A stretch of 64,000 nt of DNA, from contig JAPLKZ010000010.1 in assembly GCA_026387835.1 (NCBI GenBank), forward strand, positions 65,872-129,871, in the 5' to 3' direction. The translations under genes were made by a program, and so were the position numbers. The stretch is from Candidatus Saganbacteria bacterium. Its GTDB lineage: Bacteria > Margulisbacteria > WOR-1 > JAKLHX01. Every line of letters starts with the position of its first letter. Within the stretch, counting starts at the first letter, position 1. The notes below the pieces were generated by a model. The model made no database searches and was not told where the DNA came from. It worked only from the letters and a program-made list of their open reading frames with translations. This document shows positions 26,121 through 34,914 of the stretch, piece after piece.

Positions 26121-27463
26121 ACAAGCCTAAAATACTGATAATCGACGACGATAAGAACCTGAGGGCTTCCATGAAGATGGCATTGAAGGATTCTTATGAT
26201 GTGTCCGAAGCCGAAAGCGGCGAGACAGGGCTTCAAAAGATCGTCAGGGAAAGTGTCGATCTTGTGCTTCTCGACCTGCGTCTGCCCGGCACGAACGGGC
26301 TCAAGGTCCTGCAGGAGATCAAGAAGATCGACGAGACGATGAACGTAATAATGATAACCGCGGACAACACCGTCAAAAAGGCCGTTGATGCGATGAAACA
26401 CGGCGCGTATGATTACATCACAAAACCGTTCGATCTTGAAGAACTGTCCCTGCTGGTCGCAAAAGCTCTTGAAAAAATATCCATACAAAAAGAGAACCTC
26501 ATCCTCAGGCAGTCTATCGGTCCCTTGAAAGACCGGATGATCGGCAACAGCCGGAAGATAAAGGAACTTTTTTCGCTGATCGACGATATCGCCGGCAGCT
26601 CCGCGACAGTACTGATCCAGGGTGAGACCGGAGTGGGCAAAGAGCTCGTCGCGCGCCAGATCCACAAAAGATCCGGCCGCTCCGCCAAATTGTTCATCAC
26701 GGTCAACTGCTCCGCTATTCCGGATAACCTCATAGAATCCGAACTTTTCGGCCACGAAAAAGGCTCGTTCACGGGAGCTTTCGAACGCCACCTGGGAAAA
26801 TTTGAGATGGCCGACGGCGGGACGATATTCCTTGACGAGGTAGCGACCCTCGCTCCCAACATGCAGGCCAAACTGCTCCGGGTACTTCAGGAAAAGACGA
26901 TCGAGCGCGTCGGTTCCGAAAGGCCTATAGATATTGACGCGAGGATAATCTCGGCCACCAATATTGACCTGAAAAAAGTCGTCGCAGAGGGCAAGTTCAG
27001 GGAGGACCTTTTTTACAGGCTGAACGTGATCCCTGTCATTGTCCCTCCCCTGCGCGAAAGAAAAGATGACATAGGCCTTCTGGCGGCGCATTTCATAAAG
27101 AAATACGCCGTAATGCTTAACAAGAACATAATCGGCATGACTGAAGAAGCCGCTCGTCTGCTGAATGATTATTCATGGCCGGGCAACGTAAGGGAACTCG
27201 GGAACCTTATCGAAAGGCTCGTCGTCCTGGGAAAGGAAAAATACATATCCGCAAAGTCCCTTCCCAGCGAGATAACAAAGGATGAAAAGTCGCCTACTAT
27301 CAGGGAGATACGGCGTCTCAGCCTTAAAGAGGCCACAAAAGAGTTCGAAAAGGACTTTATCAGGCAGATAATCGTCAAAGCCGGCGGCAGCAAATCCAAA
27401 GCCGCAAAAATGCTGGGGATCCACAGGAACACTCTTCTGCAGCTTGAAAAAAAACTTAATTAG
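26117..27463 (+). CDS. Sigma-54-dependent response regulator (NtrC family: receiver, AAA+ and Fis-type HTH)
   Basis: Receiver DD...D, Walker A GETGVGKE, GSFTGA (GAFTGA variant), Walker B IFLDEV, and a C-terminal HTH. 4-nt overlap with rpoN. Confidence 0.85.
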   Translation: MNKPKILIIDDDKNLRASMKMALKDSYDVSEAESGETGLQKIVRESVDLVLLDLRLPGTNGLKVLQEIKKIDETMNVIMITADNTVKKAVDAMKHGAYDYITKPFDLEELSLLVAKALEKISIQKENLILRQSIGPLKDRMIGNSRKIKELFSLIDDIAGSSATVLIQGETGVGKELVARQIHKRSGRSAKLFITVNCSAIPDNLIESELFGHEKGSFTGAFERHLGKFEMADGGTIFLDEVATLAPNMQAKLLRVLQEKTIERVGSERPIDIDARIISATNIDLKKVVAEGKFREDLFYRLNVIPVIVPPLRERKDDIGLLAAHFIKKYAVMLNKNIIGMTEEAARLLNDYSWPGNVRELGNLIERLVVLGKEKYISAKSLPSEITKDEKSPTIREIRRLSLKEATKEFEKDFIRQIIVKAGGSKSKAAKMLGIHRNTLLQLEKKLN

Positions 27464-27477
27464 GATTACAATTGTCT

Positions 27478-27495
27478 TGCACATAAACATGTGCA
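27478..27495. promoter_or_regulatory. Perfect inverted repeat TGCACAT-N4-ATGTGCA (plus an adjacent CCTGCACAT third half-site), a candidate enhancer-binding-protein upstream activating site
   Basis: Read directly. Architecture similar to NtrC-type TGCACC-N5-GGTGCA sites. Lies 150 bp upstream of the 27646 ORF. Confidence 0.4.
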
Positions 27496-27645
27496 CCTGC
27501 ACATTTTTATATGCATTTTTTACGGGAAGCTCTGGCTGATTTTGTTCGGATTTAGAGCGGCGGGCCTGTCCGCCGAAGCCCGGAGGGCGAAGGCGGGCAA
27601 ATTGCTTATTTCCTCTTATAGATATAGCGGAAGGAGGAAAAGACC

Positions 27646-27981
27646 ATGGAAAGTAATAATCTCGACAGGACCATCGGGAAAAGACCCTCAAAAGATCTTG
27701 AAGGCGCGTTGATGTTCGGCATCAAGGACCAGGACAAAATAGAGAAGTTCGAGGGTATCCTTACTGAAGTTTTTTGTACTTCGGACAGCATCAGCGAAGC
27801 TGTAGAAAAGATGGTGACGGCTGCCCTCACCGTGGAATTCGGCGAAAGCCTGCTTAAGAAGGATGGAGCAAAGAACATGGTATCCACAATCTCAAGAAGC
27901 ATCATATCCGACAGCGAACTGAGGAAACAGTCCCTGATAATCATGGACAGGTTCGCAAAGCCAACGGAACTCAACGCATGA
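27646..27981 (+). CDS. Hypothetical 111-aa protein, translationally coupled to the downstream degenerate NtrC paralogue
   Basis: Strong RBS ggaaggagga. Its stop overlaps the next start (ATGA). Confidence 0.45.
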   Translation: MESNNLDRTIGKRPSKDLEGALMFGIKDQDKIEKFEGILTEVFCTSDSISEAVEKMVTAALTVEFGESLLKKDGAKNMVSTISRSIISDSELRKQSLIIMDRFAKPTELNA

Positions 27982-29351
27982 CACCGGAATTAAAACCCGT
28001 GGTCCTCGTGGTGGACGACGAGACAAGTATAAGGGAGTCTTTTTCACTTATACTGCAGGACCAGTATAATGTGGTCGGCGTCGCTTCGGGCGAGGCCGCG
28101 GTCAAGAAGATCGTCGATTCAAGCGTAGATCTGGTATACCTTGACATCCGCATGCCCGGGATAGACGGCATTGAAACTCTCCGCAAGATAAAAGATATCG
28201 ATGACACCATCGAAGTCGTGATGGTCACCGCCGTGAACGATATCCAGAAAGCCGGCGAAGCCATCCGGATAGGCGCAAATAATTATATAGTCAAGCCGTT
28301 TGACGTGGACCAGATAATCATGATGACAAAAGCGCTGACCGGAAAAAAGATACTCAAACACGAGACAAAAAAGATAAGGAACGGCGCGAAGTCGCGGCCA
28401 TCGGCTCCCGAAATACCGGGGGTCTCAAAGCAGATAAGCGACGTCACGGCCAGACTGGACAAATTGTCCTCATCCGATGCTACCGTACTTTTTACCGGCG
28501 AAAGAGGTTCCGATGTCGAGAGATTCGCGTTCTTTGTCCATTTAAAAAGCGGCAGAAAAGCCCTCCCCTTCAAGGTCATCGATATAGCGCAAAACATCCA
28601 GGAAGACATCCTTTATGACAGGCTTTTCGGAAGCGGTAAAGGCTCTTTCATAAATGCTCTTGAAAAAGACACCGGCATCATTGAAGAAGCCGCCGGCGGA
28701 AGCGTCCTTATTCTGAACATCGAGAATGCGCCGCTGACGGTGCAGGACGCGCTGTTAAAATTTATTTCGGAAAGATCATTCAACCGGAGGGGAAGCCTTT
28801 TTTCCCTTTCAGCCGATGTCAGGGTGATGTTCTTCAGCTGCAAAGACCTGAAATCGCTTGCGGATGAGGGCGCTTTTTCCGCAAAGCTGCTGTCGCTCTG
28901 CAAGGACTCATCCGTGGAGATCCCGCCTCTGAACCGCAGAAAAGAAGACATCGCGAGCATAACAAGCGATATCATGGAAGAACTCAATACCGAATACAAC
29001 AGGAGTTTCAAGGAATTGAGCCGGGACGCGCTTGATATTCTTTCCTCTTATTCCTGGCCCGGTGATGAATGCGAGCTAAAAAGCCTTCTGAGGCGCGTTA
29101 TCTGCTCCAGGGATCAGCAGATGATCAGGGCCTCGGACCTGCCGTACGGTTTTTTCCTGGACCGCGGCTTGTTCCCTGCTTCCGAAGAAACCAGGCAGTT
29201 CTCACTTGCTGAAATGTCGTCTAAGTTCGAAAAAAACCTTATCCGAGGCGTCCTGAAAAAATGTAATTTTGACCTTAAAAAAACCGCGCAGGCGCTCAAC
29301 ATCACAAAGACAGCGCTGACCTCGAAGATAGAAACGCTGGAGATAGCCTGA
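27978..29351 (+). CDS. NtrC-like response regulator with an intact receiver and HTH but a degenerate (predicted inactive) sigma-54-activator AAA+ domain
   Basis: Receiver VVDDE...YLDIRMPG...VKPF is intact. Walker A is GERGSDVE (Lys and Gly lost), the GAFTGA loop is GSFINA, and Walker B is ILNIEN (no DE). The C-terminal HTH is retained. Confidence 0.75.
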   Translation: MTPELKPVVLVVDDETSIRESFSLILQDQYNVVGVASGEAAVKKIVDSSVDLVYLDIRMPGIDGIETLRKIKDIDDTIEVVMVTAVNDIQKAGEAIRIGANNYIVKPFDVDQIIMMTKALTGKKILKHETKKIRNGAKSRPSAPEIPGVSKQISDVTARLDKLSSSDATVLFTGERGSDVERFAFFVHLKSGRKALPFKVIDIAQNIQEDILYDRLFGSGKGSFINALEKDTGIIEEAAGGSVLILNIENAPLTVQDALLKFISERSFNRRGSLFSLSADVRVMFFSCKDLKSLADEGAFSAKLLSLCKDSSVEIPPLNRRKEDIASITSDIMEELNTEYNRSFKELSRDALDILSSYSWPGDECELKSLLRRVICSRDQQMIRASDLPYGFFLDRGLFPASEETRQFSLAEMSSKFEKNLIRGVLKKCNFDLKKTAQALNITKTALTSKIETLEIA

Positions 29352-29369
29352 ATCAGGTCTTTTAATGAA

Positions 29370-29454
29370 TGCCGCGGGCCGGAGTCGAACCGGCATGGAT
29401 TATGCATCCAAGGGATTTTAAGTCCCTCGTGTATACCAATTCCACCACCGCGGC
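29370..29454 (-). tRNA. tRNA-Leu (anticodon UAA), class II
   Basis: Acceptor GCCGCGG/CCGCGGC, anticodon stem AGGGA/TCCCT with loop CTTAAAA, variable arm TGGAT-GCATA-ATCCA, T-arm GCCGG-TTCGACT-CCGGC. Confidence 0.85.
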
Positions 29455-29461
29455 TGACGGT

Positions 29462-29740
29462 CTACTTATTATAGATTATTTTGTAGGCAGTTTCTCCGCT
29501 TTTTACCAGCCCTAATTTCTGTCTCGCGATCAACTCGATGTCATCATCGCTATTTAATGATCTCAATTTTTTGAGCAAATACTGTTTTCTCTCGGTTTCC
29601 TGCTTGACCATTACAGACATCTTTTCATTTTGCTTTTTCAGGTTTGCCAGCATATCAAGGTCATTTTTTACGGTTATGACAAGCGCGAGCAACAGAAGGA
29701 TAAAGATCGTCAGGTCCCATTTTATGTTTTTTAGCGTCAT
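29462..29740 (-). CDS. ftsB: FtsB/DivIC-like septum-formation initiator (single TM helix plus coiled-coil)
   Basis: 92 aa with an N-terminal TM helix, a Leu-heptad coiled-coil and a C-terminal QKLGLVKSGE. Confidence 0.55.
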   Translation of the reverse strand: MTLKNIKWDLTIFILLLLALVITVKNDLDMLANLKKQNEKMSVMVKQETERKQYLLKKLRSLNSDDDIELIARQKLGLVKSGETAYKIIYNK

Positions 29741-29749
29741 CCTTCGGTC

Positions 29750-32332
29750 CTATTTTAAGATGTTCTTCAACTTCAAAGCCGTTTCGTTCTGGCCGTCAAG
29801 CGAAAGCGCCTGGTCGACTTCCTGTCTTGCGGTCTTGATATCGCCTTTTTTATAATAATAAAGCCCCAGCCCGCTGTGAAGCTGCGGGTAAGCCGGGTCG
29901 GACAGCATCACAGTCTGGAAAATCTCAAAAGCCTTGTCCGTCTTTCCCGTATTGACACAGATGATCCCGATACCCGTCATGGCGCGCACGTCACCGCTGT
30001 TTTTTTCCAGCACCCTAGTATAATAGTCGTTTGCCTTGTCAAACATCCCGAGATCCGTATAAATACTTCCTATCATGACTGCAACATCGATGCCGTCCGG
30101 ATTTTGCGCCAGTACTTTATCGAATACCTCCGCTGCTTTTTCAGGCTCGTTCGTGAACTTGTAATATCTGTAGATCGCCTTTCCTACATCGGCAAGCGTC
30201 GGGTTCGCTGCGAATGCTTTTTCATAAAAAGAGATCGCTTCTTTAGTCCTGCCTTTTCTTTCGCTCAAGAAACCCATGTTCTGGTATGCCTCGGCATAAT
30301 ACGGGTCTATCTTTATAGCCGCGATCGTATAGGCCTCTGATGATTGATTAAAATCGCCGGCTTTGAGGTCGGTCAATATAAGGTATGTCCGCGCCGCCAT
30401 GTAATAATTATCGGCATTATAAGGGTCGGCTTTCTGGCCCTGCTCGAATATCGAGACCGTGCGCTTTACCTGTTTTATATCTTCTTCCCTGTTGCCCGAC
30501 CTGACGTTCAGCGCGGCCATTCCGAAATTCGTATAATACATCCCTTCATAAGCGGAAAAATCGAGCGCCTTTTTGTAATCGGACTGACTGGCTTCTGCCT
30601 GGTTAGAGTCGGATTCGTTCTTTGCCGTCTTGTAAAACTTGTCCGCTATATACGGAAATGCCGATATATATAAAAGCACGGCTATCAGGGCCCATGCAAG
30701 GATCACCGGCACCCAGTCCGGCCTGAAATCCTTTTTCCGCTCCTGGGTCTCTTCTTTTTTGGAAGTTATGTGCGCGGCCATTCCGATCATTATCCAGAAA
30801 AGCGATGTGATGGCCACGACCCCGAAGCTGAACTGGTTCTGGACAAGATATGCCGTCATCGCCCCGAGCAGCCCGCTGAGCATTATCTGATCTTTCGGCC
30901 GTTTTTTTATCCCCGAAATGCACAGAAAAAACACCTGCGCCAGGAGAAAAATATAGGCGCACAGGGTCACAAACCCTCTTGTAACGGTCATGTCAAGGAC
31001 TTCATTATGGCAGCGGTCCTGTTTAACATGGAACGCTTCTTTGAAACGGAACATCGGGGTCTCGTACTGCGGGAATACCATCTTAATGACCTCCGGTCCC
31101 ACTCCGAATACCGGCCTGTCGGGAATAAAGCGGAGCGCGGATGTCCATGTTTCAAGGCGGGATCCCGCCGCTCCCTTTAGGTCCAGCCTGGCTGCTCCGG
31201 ATCTTTCCGCCACGTTTACCTCAAAAAATCTCTGGGCCTGCTGGGACCCGAGATTCATGAAAGAGAACAGCGTGACCAGGACGCAGATACCCGCGATAAG
31301 TCCCCATATCCTTATGTTGTCGAAAAATATTTTACGGCCGCACAGCAGGATGAACAGCGCGAGCGCGCATATAAGACCGAACCATCCTCCCCTGCTCTGG
31401 GTGGAGAGTATCCCCAGGAAAATGAAACAAAGAGAGACCGTCAGGATTATGTTCATCAGTCTCGTGTCAAGTTCTTCAAAATACCACGAAAAATATATGG
31501 ATATGCCGAATATCAGCAAAAATGCCAGAAGCCACTGCACCAGCATCGTATTCCCTTCGGCATGGTAGATCGCGTAGATGAATATGAGAGGAGCTGAGAT
31601 ATAGGCCAGTGCGAATTTCGCCTGGAAGAATATCTCGTTCCAGTCGCGCCTGAAAGTCGGAGCCGCTTTCTTATACTTGGGTTTCAGCTCGATCTTATAA
31701 AGCGGATAGTTCTTTTTCAGCGTAAAAAGCAGCAGCAGCCCGAGCATGAACGTCATGTCAAGGTAAGCTGCCAGAAAGTTCGGCTGGCCTATTGTCGCTA
31801 TGACCCTTTCGGCCGTAAGTACCCCGCCCCATGCGTACGGATCTATTTCCAGCCTCTGGATCAAACCGTAAGAGGACATCACGACAGCGGCCATGACGGA
31901 CAGCATCAACACCCTGCGCATCTTGACTTCATCGGCCAAAAAGTTTGTCGAGATGAAGAACAGTGCCGCGTAATTTATTATCGTGATGAAGCCTTCATAT
32001 CTTCCGTAAGAACCGACGATGCTTATATATACATTGATCGAAAGCAGCGTGGCGGCCGCAACGCATAACAGATACGTGACGACAGGAAGGTCGAGCCCGG
32101 TCCTGATAAGTTTTTTGCCTCCCCCGACCGATAATTTTGTCACCCACAGGCCGACGACTATCAGCGTAAGCGCTCTTATCCATGTCGCCTTGCTTAAAGA
32201 AAAGACTATGCCGATCCTTCTGTCAAAGTATAGAGGAGCAAACAGGATTATGAGCAGAATAGTGATCTCGATCGCGTAATCGATATATTTTGATATTTTT
32301 TCGGTCATCTTGTTATAAAAATATGATACCAA
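29750..32332 (-). CDS. Wzy_C (O-antigen ligase / O-oligosaccharyltransferase family) polytopic membrane protein with a C-terminal TPR-repeat domain
   Basis: About 12 TM helices with the periplasmic-loop signature LSTQSRGGWFG, followed by about 300 aa of TPR repeats. Sits next to pilD. Confidence 0.7.
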   Translation of the reverse strand: MVSYFYNKMTEKISKYIDYAIEITILLIILFAPLYFDRRIGIVFSLSKATWIRALTLIVVGLWVTKLSVGGGKKLIRTGLDLPVVTYLLCVAAATLLSINVYISIVGSYGRYEGFITIINYAALFFISTNFLADEVKMRRVLMLSVMAAVVMSSYGLIQRLEIDPYAWGGVLTAERVIATIGQPNFLAAYLDMTFMLGLLLLFTLKKNYPLYKIELKPKYKKAAPTFRRDWNEIFFQAKFALAYISAPLIFIYAIYHAEGNTMLVQWLLAFLLIFGISIYFSWYFEELDTRLMNIILTVSLCFIFLGILSTQSRGGWFGLICALALFILLCGRKIFFDNIRIWGLIAGICVLVTLFSFMNLGSQQAQRFFEVNVAERSGAARLDLKGAAGSRLETWTSALRFIPDRPVFGVGPEVIKMVFPQYETPMFRFKEAFHVKQDRCHNEVLDMTVTRGFVTLCAYIFLLAQVFFLCISGIKKRPKDQIMLSGLLGAMTAYLVQNQFSFGVVAITSLFWIMIGMAAHITSKKEETQERKKDFRPDWVPVILAWALIAVLLYISAFPYIADKFYKTAKNESDSNQAEASQSDYKKALDFSAYEGMYYTNFGMAALNVRSGNREEDIKQVKRTVSIFEQGQKADPYNADNYYMAARTYLILTDLKAGDFNQSSEAYTIAAIKIDPYYAEAYQNMGFLSERKGRTKEAISFYEKAFAANPTLADVGKAIYRYYKFTNEPEKAAEVFDKVLAQNPDGIDVAVMIGSIYTDLGMFDKANDYYTRVLEKNSGDVRAMTGIGIICVNTGKTDKAFEIFQTVMLSDPAYPQLHSGLGLYYYKKGDIKTARQEVDQALSLDGQNETALKLKNILK

Positions 32333-33125
32333 TTCCCGGACTGATTAACAAGCCGGCGTTTACATGCCGAGGTACCACCGCCAGATACTTGCGGAGAAGA
32401 AAAGCGTTATTACCGCAGCGGCTGTCATGGACGGCCCGAAAGGCGAAAGGTATCTCGTCACGCCGTCCTTTCTTCAAAAAGATCATGTAGGCCGATGCTG
32501 CTGCCGCTCCTACGATAAATGAAATAAAAAGGCAAAGCAATCCGTTCTGCCATCCGAAAAAAGCGCCGAAAAACGCCGCGAGTTTTATGTCTCCGCCGCC
32601 CATCGCTTCCTTTTTATAGAAATATGTACCTAATTTATATATGACATACATTACAACAGCGCAGGAGACCGCGCCTATCAATGAGACCATTATTTTCCCA
32701 GAAAAATAGTTGTATGCCAACCCGGTCGCTAATCCCAGATAATTTGCCTGGTCAGGGATAATCTGCGTCTCAAGGTCCGCAAATGTAATAAGTACGATTA
32801 TAGCGGCAAATGCCAGCATAAAAACAAGCTCCGGTGTGAGGCCGTACCTTTGATATATGAAAAAAAACAATGCCGCCGTGACCAGCTCGACGACAAGATA
32901 TCTCGCGGATATCCGGTTTTTGCAGTACCTGCATTTGCCTCTCAAAAGCAGAAAGCTCAGTGCCGGAATAAGGTCAAAAAATGCCAGCCTGTGCCCGCAT
33001 GCAGGACAGTTGGACGGGGGATATACTATCGACAGGCAGCGCGGCAATCTGTAGACGCATACATTAATAAAACTTCCTGTCACGAGCCCCAGCACGATGA
33101 CGGCTGTAGCCTCAAATAAAAACAT
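32313..33125 (-). CDS. pilD: Type IV prepilin leader peptidase (A24 family), C-terminus apparently frameshifted by a 7-bp tandem duplication
   Basis: N-terminal CxxC...CxxC zinc motif (CPACGH...CRYCKN) and catalytic-loop GGGDIKL. The annotated frame ends ...DEIPFAFRAVHDSRCGNN... and overlaps the neighbouring gene by 20 nt. Confidence 0.75.
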   Translation of the reverse strand: MFLFEATAVIVLGLVTGSFINVCVYRLPRCLSIVYPPSNCPACGHRLAFFDLIPALSFLLLRGKCRYCKNRISARYLVVELVTAALFFFIYQRYGLTPELVFMLAFAAIIVLITFADLETQIIPDQANYLGLATGLAYNYFSGKIMVSLIGAVSCAVVMYVIYKLGTYFYKKEAMGGGDIKLAAFFGAFFGWQNGLLCLFISFIVGAAAASAYMIFLKKGRRDEIPFAFRAVHDSRCGNNAFLLRKYLAVVPRHVNAGLLISPGIGIIFL

Positions 33126-33215
33126 TAATTAGTATGTTATCAGAAATGCGGGCTTAAATAAAGAGTTTTTCTTTACATTTATTATTCGCCGTTATATAAT
33201 AGCTTAAAATCAAAC

Positions 33216-34913
33216 ATGTTAAAAGAAAAAAACTCCCTGGGTGAATCGCTTGTAGAGAAGAAGATCATCACAAAAGAACAGCTCGCTTCCGCCGAGCAGG
33301 AATCAAAACTGAGCAACGAACCCCTCAGAAAAACTCTTGTCAGGCTCAACATGGTAAAGGAGACCGATATAATCTCGTTCTTCGAACAGTATCTTCATAT
33401 CCCGTATGTGGACCTTAGCAGTTATATCATAGACCCAAAGATGATCGCGTTGATCACCGAAGAATTCGCGAACGTCAACCATACGATCCCTCTTTTCAAG
33501 GCCGGGGAGATCCTGACCGTAGCCATGGTCGATCCGCTGAACGTAATGGTGCTTGACGAATTGCGCTCAAGGACAAAATGCACGATAGAGCCCGTGCTGA
33601 CCACCGAAACCGATATCAAAAAAGCCCTTAACCAGTATTACGGTGTCGGGTCGTCCATAGACGATGTCGTCAAAAAGATGGACACGGAACTCGTGATGGA
33701 GGAAAAAGCGGAAGAAGAGCTTTCCACGGACAAGATAAGGCTCGCGGCCGAACAGGCTCCTATCATCAAACTTGTGAACATACTGATAAGGGATGCCATA
33801 AAAGACAGTGCTTCGGACATACATGTCAATCCCGAGGAAAAGATGGTCAGGATAAGATACAGGATAGACGGTATCCTCCACGAAGTCTCAACCCTGCCCA
33901 AATATCTCCAGGCAGCGGTCATCTCAAGGATAAAGATCATGTCCGACATGAACATAGCGGTAAAAAGAAGTCCGCAGGACGGAAGGTTCAGGATAAAGAT
34001 CGACAATAACCAGATAGACCTCAGGATCTCTTCGTTCCCTTCGGTCCACGGAGAGAACATCGTGATGAGGATACTGGATCCCAATAGTCTGCTGATAGGT
34101 CTCGAGCAGCTGGGTTTCTCGCTGGAAATGCTTGAAAAGTTCAAATTGCTCATTAAAAAACCTTACGGGATGCTGCTTGTGACCGGACCGACAGGCTCCG
34201 GCAAGACAACTACGCTTTATTCCGCGTTATCCTCGATAAACTCGCCCGAAAAGAACATAATAACCCTGGAAGACCCGGTAGAATACCAGCTGGAGATGGT
34301 GAGACAGTCCCAGATAAACCCTAAGGCCGGGCTGACTTTTTCGACCGGGCTGAGATCTATACTCCGCCAGGACCCTGATGTGGTAATGGTCGGAGAGATA
34401 AGGGACAAAGAGACCGCCGAGATCTCGATCCAGGCCGCTTTGACGGGACATCTTGTCTTTTCGACCCTTCATACCAACGATTCATCCGGCGCATTGACCA
34501 GGCTTATCGATATGGGAGTGGAGCCTTTCCTTGTCTCCTCTTCCGTGATCGGGATACAGGCACAAAGGCTTGTAAGAAAGATCTGCAAGAGCTGCAAGGA
34601 ATCGTACACACCTAGTGAAAAGACCCTTAAAGACCTCGGCATCGAAGATACCAAGGGCAAGATCATCTTTTACAGGGGAAAAGGATGCAAGAACTGCAAG
34701 TGCACCGGTTACAAAGGAAGGATCGGCATCTACGAACTGCTGATCATGAACGAAAAAATAAGGGGGCTTGTGCTTGAAAGGAATTCCGTGGATGCCATCA
34801 GAAAAGCGGCCCAGGAAGCAGGGATGAAGACATTGAGAGAAGACGGACTTAAAAAAGCTTTTGACGGTGTCACTTCTATCGAAGAAGTGATCAGGGCGAC
34901 TACAATAGAATAA
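33216..34913 (+). CDS. pilB: Type IV pilus assembly ATPase PilB/GspE
   Basis: N-terminal GSPII_E_N region, Walker A GPTGSGKTT, Asp and His boxes, and a tetracysteine motif CKSC...CKNCKC. Confidence 0.85.
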   Translation: MLKEKNSLGESLVEKKIITKEQLASAEQESKLSNEPLRKTLVRLNMVKETDIISFFEQYLHIPYVDLSSYIIDPKMIALITEEFANVNHTIPLFKAGEILTVAMVDPLNVMVLDELRSRTKCTIEPVLTTETDIKKALNQYYGVGSSIDDVVKKMDTELVMEEKAEEELSTDKIRLAAEQAPIIKLVNILIRDAIKDSASDIHVNPEEKMVRIRYRIDGILHEVSTLPKYLQAAVISRIKIMSDMNIAVKRSPQDGRFRIKIDNNQIDLRISSFPSVHGENIVMRILDPNSLLIGLEQLGFSLEMLEKFKLLIKKPYGMLLVTGPTGSGKTTTLYSALSSINSPEKNIITLEDPVEYQLEMVRQSQINPKAGLTFSTGLRSILRQDPDVVMVGEIRDKETAEISIQAALTGHLVFSTLHTNDSSGALTRLIDMGVEPFLVSSSVIGIQAQRLVRKICKSCKESYTPSEKTLKDLGIEDTKGKIIFYRGKGCKNCKCTGYKGRIGIYELLIMNEKIRGLVLERNSVDAIRKAAQEAGMKTLREDGLKKAFDGVTSIEEVIRATTIE

Positions 34914-34914
34914 T

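Noticed and set aside
27496-27645. Sigma-54 (-24/-12) promoter upstream of the 27646 ORF, and likewise upstream of the pilin gene (37245-37392)
   Set aside because: Nearest matches (GGGCAAATTGC, TGGCTGATTTTGTTCG) have wrong GG-GC spacing or lack the GC. Not called without a computational scan.
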